64,000 bases of DNA from positions 12,499 to 76,498 of the forward strand of contig CAUZJO010000002.1 in assembly GCA_963580245.1 (NCBI GenBank), in the 5' to 3' direction. Within the stretch, counting starts at the first letter, position 1; each line of letters begins with the position of its first letter. Positions 57,347 to 64,000 of the stretch are shown here, one piece after another. This DNA comes from Candidatus Sumerlaeia bacterium (GTDB lineage Bacteria; Sumerlaeota; Sumerlaeia; MVZB01). The notes below the pieces were generated by a model. That model was not told the DNA's origin. It did not search any database and was given only the letters and a program-made list of their open reading frames with translations. A program made the position numbers and the translations under genes.

Positions 57347-58465
57347 ATGAAAATCATCTCGCGTTACCTGTTCCGGGAAATCTTCCATTTCTTCTGGTTG
57401 TTCCTTTGTTTTTTTACCGTGGCCCTTCTGGTCTACGAGCTCTATGACGAGCGGGGCGAGTTCCTTGAACACGAGGCGGCCCTGCTCGACGTAGTCCTCT
57501 ATCTCATCTTCACCATCCCGTTTAAATTGGCCGAAGTCTTTCCCCTCATCGGATTGCTCTCGACCATTTTCGCCTATGGGATGCTGGCCAAGAACCGCGA
57601 AATCCTGGCCATGGTGGCCGCCGGCGTCAGTTACGCCACGCTGGCGCTGCCGGCGTTGGTCTTCGGCTTGGGGCTGACCGTCTTTACGTTCTTTTTCAAC
57701 GAGGAGATTGTCCCCAGGAGCGAGAAACACGCCGAACACCTGATCAAGGTCGTCATCGCCGGTCAGTCCGAAACCCGCCACGCCAAACGCAAAAACCTGA
57801 TCGTCAAGGGCAGGGACAACAGCTTCTACGCGATGGAACGCTACTACTCACTCGATCGTCGAATGGAATTCCCGACCATTTTCATGGTGAGCGAGGACGG
57901 CAGCCACGTCATGGAGCGGATTGACGCTCAGACGGGACGGTTCGTCCAGTCCGAGGGAGACGACGAGGTGGTCTGTGAGTTCCAGGGGGCCGAGCGCTGG
58001 ACCTTCGACGATGACGGGACCCAACGCAGTTACGACGCGATCCACGTTCCGTACCGGATTCCCATGGAACATAAGCTCCCCGAGTTCCTCAGTCGCTCCA
58101 AGGATCCCGAAAAAATGAACTATAAGGAGCTGAGTCATTATACCCGCCTACTCGAGGAGAAGGGCGGGGAGAAAGTCGCGGAATACGGTACCTCGCTCCA
58201 CAAAAAACTGGCGTTCCCCGTCGTCTGTACGCTGATGGTCCTGCTCGGTTTCAGCGTGGCTACCGATGTACATGCGCGGCGGTTCTCTCGCGGGGTTTCG
58301 TTGGGATTGCTCGTGGCAATCGGATTCTATGTGCTCAGCGGCTTCTTCGTGAATCTCGGCAATGAAGGTGTGCTGGCGCCGGCGGCGGCGGGTTGGGCGC
58401 CGGTGATGCTTTTCATGTTGGTTGTCTACCTGTTGATCACCCGTCTCAATTACGTCCGCGGCTGA
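57347..58465 (+). CDS. LptF/LptG family permease (YjgP/YjgQ)
   Basis: MKIISRYLFREIFHFFWLFL start, six TM segments and a central periplasmic domain. 372 aa. Confidence 0.9.
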   Translation: MKIISRYLFREIFHFFWLFLCFFTVALLVYELYDERGEFLEHEAALLDVVLYLIFTIPFKLAEVFPLIGLLSTIFAYGMLAKNREILAMVAAGVSYATLALPALVFGLGLTVFTFFFNEEIVPRSEKHAEHLIKVVIAGQSETRHAKRKNLIVKGRDNSFYAMERYYSLDRRMEFPTIFMVSEDGSHVMERIDAQTGRFVQSEGDDEVVCEFQGAERWTFDDDGTQRSYDAIHVPYRIPMEHKLPEFLSRSKDPEKMNYKELSHYTRLLEEKGGEKVAEYGTSLHKKLAFPVVCTLMVLLGFSVATDVHARRFSRGVSLGLLVAIGFYVLSGFFVNLGNEGVLAPAAAGWAPVMLFMLVVYLLITRLNYVRG

Positions 58466-58466
58466 G

Positions 58467-59246
58467 ATGGCCCAGCGGCCGGCACACCATCCCGAGCGAT
58501 ACTTCGGACGAGGCTACTATCATCTCTATAAGCATTACCTGCTGCCCGAGCAACAGACCAATGCCGAAGTGGACTTTCTGCTTCGCGCCCTCCGGCCGCG
58601 GGCGAGTCAGCGCTGGCTGGACGCCCCGTGCGGTTATGGCCGCCACCTGAAAAGCCTGAGTGCCCGGCGGTCCCGTTTGCGGCTGTTTGGGGTCGATCTG
58701 AATCCGGGGTACCTGCGCGAGGATGGCCTCGGCCAGGCGGCCCGCCTTTGTCTTTGCGACTATCGGCGCCTCCCCTTCGCGGCTGGGTCGTTTCACGTCG
58801 TCCTGAATTTGCTCAACAGCTTCGGCTATTACCCGCCGGTGGGCCGCGAGGGACTGGCCGCGCGCGACGACCGGGCGGTGCTCGGCGAATGGGCGCGCGT
58901 GCTCAAGCCCGGCGGTCGGTTGGTCATGGACCTGCCCAATCGGCAGGCGTTGATTGCGCTGGTCGCCCGCCGGCCGCTCATCTGCTATCGGGGGGGCGGC
59001 TACGAGGCGCGGGAGCGCTTCGCCTGGGACCCCCGGACCCAATGTCTGGAGAACCGCACGCGCTGGCGCTGGCCGGGCGGCGAGGAACGGGCCCGTTACC
59101 GCTTTCGGCTTTACACGCCGGCCCAGATCGGCCGAATGCTCGAGCGGGCCGGGCTTGAACGGATGGCCATCCATGGGGATTTCAATGCCGCGGCGTTCGA
59201 CCCCCTGCGTTCGGATCAAATGCTGGTCCTGGCCGGGAAACGCTAA
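58467..59246 (+). CDS. Class I SAM-dependent methyltransferase
   Basis: WLDAPCGYGRHL (motif I) and LKPGGRLVMDLPN. It starts 1 nt after the lptF/G stop. Confidence 0.85.
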   Translation: MAQRPAHHPERYFGRGYYHLYKHYLLPEQQTNAEVDFLLRALRPRASQRWLDAPCGYGRHLKSLSARRSRLRLFGVDLNPGYLREDGLGQAARLCLCDYRRLPFAAGSFHVVLNLLNSFGYYPPVGREGLAARDDRAVLGEWARVLKPGGRLVMDLPNRQALIALVARRPLICYRGGGYEARERFAWDPRTQCLENRTRWRWPGGEERARYRFRLYTPAQIGRMLERAGLERMAIHGDFNAAAFDPLRSDQMLVLAGKR

Positions 59247-59282
59247 GCTGGCCGTGGATGGGATCGGCTTGGTCCCTTGGAC

Positions 59283-59930
59283 CTAATCCTTGTCGCGATC
59301 AAACATCCCGTATTTTTGCATTTTGTTGTGGAGGCTCTTACGACTGATTCCGAGCAGGTCGGGACTTCGTTGGCGGCGGTCGCCGGTGCGCTCCAGGGCG
59401 GTGGCGATATGCTTTTTCTCGGCCTCCTCGATCAGCTTTTCGATGGACTTGGCCAGTGGCGCGGAGAAATCGATGGGGGGCATGGCAATGAGGTCGGAGG
59501 CATCACCGGCAGGTCCGCCGTGATGGCCGTCCGCTGAACTTTCGGCCTTCCAACTCGTCACGCCTTGGGCGGCGCGCTCGCGCAGTTGCGCCGGCAGGGC
59601 TTCGGGGCCGATCCGCGTGCCGCCGGCCATGACCATTGCGCGTTGGATGACGTTCTCCAACTCGCGGATATTCCCCGGCCAGTCGTACCGCTCGAGAAGC
59701 GCCAATGCCTCGGGCGACACACCTTCGACACTTTTCCCAAAGCGTACGTTGAACTTTCCGATGAAGTGGTGGACGAGCGTCGAGATATCCTCGGTCCGCT
59801 CGCGCAAGGGCGGCAGATGCAGCCGCATGACGTTAAGCCGGAAGTAGAGGTCTTCTCGGAAGCTCTTCTCGGCCACCATCTGGCCCAGATCACGGTTGAA
59901 GGTTGCCACCACGCGGATGTCGACCGGGCG
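59283..59930 (-). pseudogene. Sigma-54-dependent Fis-family activator, 3' remnant (second half of the AAA+ domain plus HTH_8)
   Basis: VDIRVVATFNRDLGQMVAEKSFREDLYFRLNVMRLHLPPLRERTEDISTLVHHFIGKF...YDWPGNIRELENVIQRAMV...LGISRKSLHNKMQKYG. There is no receiver domain, Walker A/B or GAFTGA upstream. The sequence beyond about 59930 is unrelated. Confidence 0.75.
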
Positions 59931-59961
59931 GGGGCGTTGGAGCCGACCCGTTCGATCTCCC

Positions 59962-60395
59962 CCATCTTCCTGGTCGCCATGCACGGCCTGACGCTGCTCA
60001 AACGCTCGCGCGTAATCATGATCACGGTCGCGGCGGCGTCGCTGCTCAACATCCTGCTCAACCTGTGGCTCATCCCGCGCCATGGCGTCATGGGGGTGGT
60101 CTACGCGACGTTGGCCTCTTATGGGCTGATGTGCCTGGCCCAAGTGGCCGCCACGCCGCGCGAGTATCGGCCGCCGGTCGAGACCGCCGATTGGTTGCGA
60201 CCCGCGGCGCTGGGCGGATTGATGGCCGCCGTCGCACTCGGGACCGGCCTGTTCGGCGCGCAAGGGCCATTCGCCCGCCTCGCCGTGATGGCCGCCCTTT
60301 TTGCGGCAACCTTTATTGTCCCGGCCCTCGCCTGGGACCGCGATATGCGTCAATTCGTGACCAAAAAACTCAACCTGCGACGCAAGACGAATTAA
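59962..60395 (+). pseudogene. MOP-superfamily flippase (Wzx/polysaccharide biosynthesis protein) 3' remnant
   Basis: AAASLLNILLNLWLIPRHGVMGVVYATLASYGLMCLAQV and two further TM helices look like the last roughly 135 aa of a Wzx-type flippase. There is no matching N-terminal part. The left boundary is approximate. Confidence 0.55.
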
Positions 60396-60475
60396 GCCAA
60401 TTTTTTCTCGTTGGTCATGGCTCGTTTCGATAAGATGCCAGCGGCGTGGGATGACCCACGCGTGATCGCATCTTC

Positions 60476-61336
60476 ATGGCGGAGGTTCTGGTGCCGCAAC
60501 TTCTGGTCGACCCCATCCGTCTGGGCCACAGCCCCGATCCCGATGACGCCTTCATGTTCTACGGCCTGGCTCGCGAGCAGGTCGATGCCGAAGGGCTGCG
60601 CTTCGAACACGTGCTCGAGGACATCGAGACGCTTAACCAGCTCGCCTTCCGCGGCGAGCTGGAGGTGACGGCCCTCTCGGCGCATGCCTATTCGCACCTG
60701 TGCGACCGCTACGTGTTGCTCAACACCGGGGCCAGCATGGGCGACGGTTACGGCCCGATGGTCATCACGCGCGGGCCGATAATCCTCGAGGCCCTGCGCG
60801 GCAAGACCATCGCCGTGCCGGGCGAATACACCAGTGCCTTCCTAACGCTCAAGATGTTCATGGGCGACTTCAAATACGAGGTCGTTCCGTTCGACAAAAT
60901 CTTCGCCGCCGTGCGCGACGGCGCCGTGGGAGCCGGGCTGATTATCCACGAGGGACAACTGACGTGGGAGCGCGACGGGTTCCATTGCATCGTCGACCTG
61001 GGCAAATGGTGGCAGGAGAGCCACGACGGCCTGCCCTTGCCGCTGGGCGTCAACGCCGTGCGCCGCGACCTGGGCCCCGAGCTACGGCGCCGCATCGACC
61101 GCGTCCTGCGCCGTTCGATCCAATACAGCCTCGCCCACCGCAAAGAGGCCGTCGACCACGCCCTGCAATGGGGCCGCGGCCTCGACCACGCCCTCGCCGA
61201 CCGCTTCATCGGCATGTACGTCAACGACTGGACCCTAGAAACCGGAACCAAAGCCCGCCCGGCCATCGAACGCTTCCTAGCCGAAGCCGCCACCGCCGGC
61301 CTCATCCCGGCGGATTATCGGGTTGAGTTTGTGTGA
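60476..61336 (+). CDS. MqnA/MqnD-family (futalosine-pathway menaquinone biosynthesis) periplasmic-binding-fold protein
   Basis: IRLGHSPDPDDAFMFYGLA...LEDIETLNQLAFRGELEVTALSAHAY...GASMGDGYGPMVI resembles the MqnD/MqnA family. I cannot assign the subfamily. Confidence 0.8.
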   Translation: MAEVLVPQLLVDPIRLGHSPDPDDAFMFYGLAREQVDAEGLRFEHVLEDIETLNQLAFRGELEVTALSAHAYSHLCDRYVLLNTGASMGDGYGPMVITRGPIILEALRGKTIAVPGEYTSAFLTLKMFMGDFKYEVVPFDKIFAAVRDGAVGAGLIIHEGQLTWERDGFHCIVDLGKWWQESHDGLPLPLGVNAVRRDLGPELRRRIDRVLRRSIQYSLAHRKEAVDHALQWGRGLDHALADRFIGMYVNDWTLETGTKARPAIERFLAEAATAGLIPADYRVEFV

Positions 61337-61426
61337 ACCAACTGAATTACACCTGTCCAAACCATGATGGCGCGTGTCCCGAAATAGCATATGAGGAACC
61401 TGAAACATCGGTTGATGGAATCGGTC

Positions 61427-61630
61427 TTATCGTTCATTAACGAACGCCTCGATCGTAAGATCGATGTCTTTAGCGATCTCGCGGAGCAAGTGGGGCGAGA
61501 TGTCTCGGCCGGAGTGGAATGGGACGGTTGTCTGTTTGCCGTCCGGATATCTGTATTGTCTGTGCGAACCCCGCCGTCGGACCTCGATGAAGTTCAGCTT
61601 TCTGAGGATCGTGGCAACCTCGCGCGGCAG
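61427..61630 (-). CDS. HicA-family toxin homologue with no canonical start codon (possibly a pseudogene)
   Basis: Hand translation gives (L)PREVATILRKLNFIEVRRRGSHRQYRYPDGKQTTVPFHSGRDISPHLLREIAKDIDLTIEAFV, with the HicA signature GSH...P.H. The codon at the expected start is CTG. No ATG, GTG or TTG lies between the upstream in-frame TAA and the conserved core. It overlaps the 3' end of ORF 61594..61950 by 37 nt. Confidence 0.5.
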   Translation of the reverse strand: MPREVATILRKLNFIEVRRRGSHRQYRYPDGKQTTVPFHSGRDISPHLLREIAKDIDLTIEAFVNER

Positions 61631-61950
61631 ATCGTATAATCGACCGCGCCGAACACCCAGGACAGCCCTTTAAACAAAAAGTGGCTCACGTTATATCCAA
61701 TCCCGAAATTGAAGCCCCCCTTCCAATTCCACCCCACCCCCGTATGAGGCACCCGCGCGATCTTGGTTTGATCGGCGAAGTATTCAAAGACGTTCGTCGT
61801 GCTCACCAGGGGAACATCCACGACGTCCCGCACGACCGTCACCGGCGTCACCACAACCTTGCCGGTCGTCTTGAGGACCGCGCAACTCGCGAGCAAAGGG
61901 AAAATCAACAACGGGCCCAGGGCTCGTAGGACGGTCACATAAAACCGCAT
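61594..61950 (-). CDS. Putative small lipoprotein
   Basis: ATG 61950 gives MRFYVTVLRALGPLLIFPLLASCAVLK, with a lipobox, and a Gly/aromatic-rich C-terminal part. No family recognised. Confidence 0.5.
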   Translation of the reverse strand: MRFYVTVLRALGPLLIFPLLASCAVLKTTGKVVVTPVTVVRDVVDVPLVSTTNVFEYFADQTKIARVPHTGVGWNWKGGFNFGIGYNVSHFLFKGLSWVFGAVDYTICRARLPRSSES

Positions 61951-62048
61951 TCTTATTTTCCTCCTCCCATCCATCATCAAAAGACGCCAAATCATCAGAG
62001 GACTTGTTTCCCGTGGCGAAAGATCGTCCCAATGCTATACTGGAGCGA

Positions 62049-62252
62049 ATGGATGATCACCCCAAAAAAATCCGCGTCACCCGCCTCAAGGACCAAGACG
62101 GTGTCATGGACGACCTGCGGGATACCACGCCGGCCGAGCGCGTGGGGATGATGTGGCAACTGACGGTTGACGCGTGGGCCTTCATGGGAGAGGACGTTGC
62201 TGAACAGAGACTACAGCGAGATGTTGAGCGCGTTATCCGGCGAAGGCGTTGA
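62049..62252 (+). CDS. Small hypothetical protein (67 aa) preceding the nucleotidyltransferase paralogue
   Basis: The ATG has GGAG 4 nt upstream. Sequence: MDDHPKKIRVTRLKDQDGVMDDLRDTTPAERVGMMWQLTVDAWAF...RLQRDVERVIRRRR. Its 3' end overlaps the next ORF. Confidence 0.45.
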   Translation: MDDHPKKIRVTRLKDQDGVMDDLRDTTPAERVGMMWQLTVDAWAFMGEDVAEQRLQRDVERVIRRRR

Positions 62253-62652
62253 TTTTCTCCTGGTTGGGGCCTACGCCATGGCCGCCCACGGTTCGCCTCG
62301 AGCGACTGGAGACATGGACCTTTGGATCTGTCGTTCCCGAGAAAACGCGGAAAGAACGTGGAGGGCCCTGCGACGGTTCGGCGCTCCACTGATCGACTTG
62401 AGTGCCGAAGACCTGGCCAAGCCGGATACCGTGTACCAAATCGGAGTGGCGCCCCGTCGCATTGACATTCTTACCTCCATCGACGGCGTGGAATTCAGCG
62501 AGGCGTGGGGACGTCGGGAATCCATGGAGATCGCCGAACAATCGGTCCCCGTCATAGGGCGGGACGATCTCATCCGCAACAAACGGGCGACGGGAAGACC
62601 TCAAGACTTGGTGGACGCCAATGTTCTGCAGCAGGCAAACCGTGACCGATAA
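62197..62652 (+). CDS. Minimal nucleotidyltransferase-fold protein (intact paralogue of 56222..56726)
   Basis: LNRDYSEMLSALSGEGVDFLLVGAYAMAAHGSPRATGDMDLWI...PVIGRDDLIRNKRATGRPQDLVDANVL. The start is uncertain: TTG 62167, TTG 62197 or ATG 62221. Confidence 0.7.
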   Translation: MLNRDYSEMLSALSGEGVDFLLVGAYAMAAHGSPRATGDMDLWICRSRENAERTWRALRRFGAPLIDLSAEDLAKPDTVYQIGVAPRRIDILTSIDGVEFSEAWGRRESMEIAEQSVPVIGRDDLIRNKRATGRPQDLVDANVLQQANRDR

Positions 62653-62679
62653 CCTGCTCTTTTGCTTGAAGAGAGATAT

Positions 62680-62805
62680 GGGAACCTCTAAAAATTCGGT
62701 TTGCAGTCGTCCCTACGGGACTCCAATTCGTTATCGGTTTGATTTCCCGCCACTCCCGTGGCGGGCTGAAAGCGATCGTCCCTGCCGGGACTGAATTTTT
62801 AGGGG
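62680..62805 (-). repeat. Family-A multi-hairpin repeat, copy 4 (inverted)
   Basis: Reverse complement of the family-A consensus. The central hairpin loop is GGGA in the family orientation. It begins 28 nt after the nucleotidyltransferase stop. Confidence 0.8.
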
Positions 62806-62839
62806 CGCTTGTAATGATAGACGCTTTCCCATCAGATGC

Positions 62840-63772
62840 TTAACCTTCCGGCACAACGTCTTTCTTGAGCACCCAGTATACCGGTCCCAGCGTGGCGCCG
62901 CAGGCCCGGTGATAGAAGGCGACGGGCCCGACCCAGCCGATCTCGCAGACGGGGCGGCCCAGCCGCTTGAGTTCGCCGAGGGATGCCCAGAGTAGTCGGC
63001 GGCCCAGGCCGGTGCCCCGGTGGAAAGGCGCGACGCCGGTCGGGCCGTAGCTGCCTAGGCACTGATTGACCTCATGGGCCACAAAACCGACGATCTCCTC
63101 GCCCAGCGTGGCGACGAACAGCTTGATCGGGTCGTGGCGGAAGGCCAGTCGGCATTCCTCCAGCCAGTTGCGGGTCCAGTGGCGAAGAATCAGATCCGAT
63201 AGCGGCGGTTCGTCCGTGGGCATTGCGCGACGGACCTCATACCCGGAGCGGTCCTGCCCGAAGATGCGATCGGGACCCGGCATGGCCCAGCGCGCCAGCT
63301 CCACGGTCATGTTGAAAACCGTTCGCTCGTGTTCCCAGCCCAGCCTGAGCAGGGTCGCGATCAGGCCGGTCTCACGGGTATCGACCCCCGGCCGCAGGTA
63401 ATACGGGGGCGAGGCGAGCATGTAGATTTTACAGGCCCCGCGCCGGGTCAGCCTCTCGACGAGCGCGTCAAGCAGGGTGGTCTCGACGCCCTTCTCGGCC
63501 CAGTCGGGTGCCACGCCAAGCCAGCGCACGCCGGCCGCATCCGCCGCCAACCCTCCCGGGTAATCCCCCCGGACCATCCCCACGAGCCGCCCCCCGTCGT
63601 CTCGCGCGGCCAGGATCAGCTCCGGATCGGACCGGCCGCTCTCGAACAGACGCTCGCGGAGCAGGCCGGCATCCATGGGGTGCAGGGGGTGGGCCTCCCG
63701 CCAGTATTCGAGGATTTCATCCAGGTGCTCGATTGTGAGAGGCTTGACGTGGACGCCGGGAGGTCGATTCAC
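62840..63772 (-). CDS. GNAT family N-acetyltransferase (two acetyltransferase-like halves)
   Basis: The C-terminal GNAT core is VGFVAHEVNQ...GPTGVAPFHRGTGLGRRLLWASLGELKRLG, and an earlier half reads RLVGMVRGDYP...RWLGVAPDWAEKGVETTLLDALVERL. GTG 63772 preferred; the ORF is open to 63928. Confidence 0.85.
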   Translation of the reverse strand: MNRPPGVHVKPLTIEHLDEILEYWREAHPLHPMDAGLLRERLFESGRSDPELILAARDDGGRLVGMVRGDYPGGLAADAAGVRWLGVAPDWAEKGVETTLLDALVERLTRRGACKIYMLASPPYYLRPGVDTRETGLIATLLRLGWEHERTVFNMTVELARWAMPGPDRIFGQDRSGYEVRRAMPTDEPPLSDLILRHWTRNWLEECRLAFRHDPIKLFVATLGEEIVGFVAHEVNQCLGSYGPTGVAPFHRGTGLGRRLLWASLGELKRLGRPVCEIGWVGPVAFYHRACGATLGPVYWVLKKDVVPEG

Positions 63773-64000
63773 TGGACCGTGCCTGCTGGGGATCGAAGGA
63801 GCCGAATCGCATGGGTGGCCGGCGGCCGGGCGCCGGGGCCGAATCCGAAACCCATCATACTGCCCCGCCGGGCAAGGACACACGTATTTAACCGCCCGCG
63901 GAACCGCCCCGTGAGCGACACCAAGCATCGAGCCTAAACCCTCATTTTGGTGAAGTTACGCTCAAGATCGGCCCTCGAAATGCCGAAAATAGTCTTTGAC

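Noticed and set aside
46780-59945. Hypothesis that the two truncated-gene junctions are the two ends of one 13-kb inversion.
   Set aside because: Re-inverting the segment in silico pairs the histidine kinase 3' remnant with the sigma-54 activator 3' remnant, and the ATPase 3' remnant with the flippase 3' remnant. No gene is restored. Two independent deletions, or assembly joins, fit better.
63929-64000. Possible 3' end of another minus-strand gene at the right edge of the window.
   Set aside because: Only about 10 codons before a TGA are visible, which is too little sequence to support any call.

Overview
High-GC (about 60%) bacterial chromosome segment. The gene content suggests a Planctomycetota/PVC-type organism, but that is inference only, because I ran no searches. 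Evidence for it: an alternative complex III plus caa3 oxidase supercluster, GspG-like pseudopilins, a TMTC-like TPR glycosyltransferase and multi-hairpin intergenic repeats. All family names come from motifs I recognise in the translations.

Most of the window is core metabolism and envelope genes:
- a MarR/MFP/RND efflux operon
- a B12-binding radical SAM enzyme
- clpX, tkt, asd, pdxA, rny and queE
- an aminotransferase, an AsmA-like giant protein, LptF/G, a peptide-type ABC substrate-binding protein and an MqnA/MqnD-family protein

The centrepiece is one minus-strand respiratory island of 15 genes (15687..30709): actABCDEF, an unknown membrane protein, SCO, ctaCDE plus subunit IV, ctaB and DUF420.

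I found no clearly novel multi-gene system. The second-look items are:
1. Two families of MITE-like multi-hairpin repeats with conserved stems and variable loops, plus a palindromic composite flanked by 63-bp direct repeats inside the oxidase operon.
2. Two junctions where divergent 5'-truncated gene remnants abut, which look like deletion scars. One involves a remnant of a defence-type AAA ATPase.
3. An unusually high load of genuinely disrupted genes: a 12-blade Kelch/Asp-box gene with two TAG nonsense codons and a 5-bp tandem duplication, an Rrf2 regulator with a roughly 10-nt deletion, and a frameshifted nucleotidyltransferase.
4. Small toxin-antitoxin-like modules with odd starts: a DUF4258/DUF2283 pair with a probable AUU start, an orphan HicA with CTG at the start position, and two nucleotidyltransferase plus small-partner pairs.
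5. Low-GC islets: a pair of divergent pseudopilin paralogues and an FkbM methyltransferase.

No rRNA, tRNA, CRISPR array, transposase or integrase could be supported.
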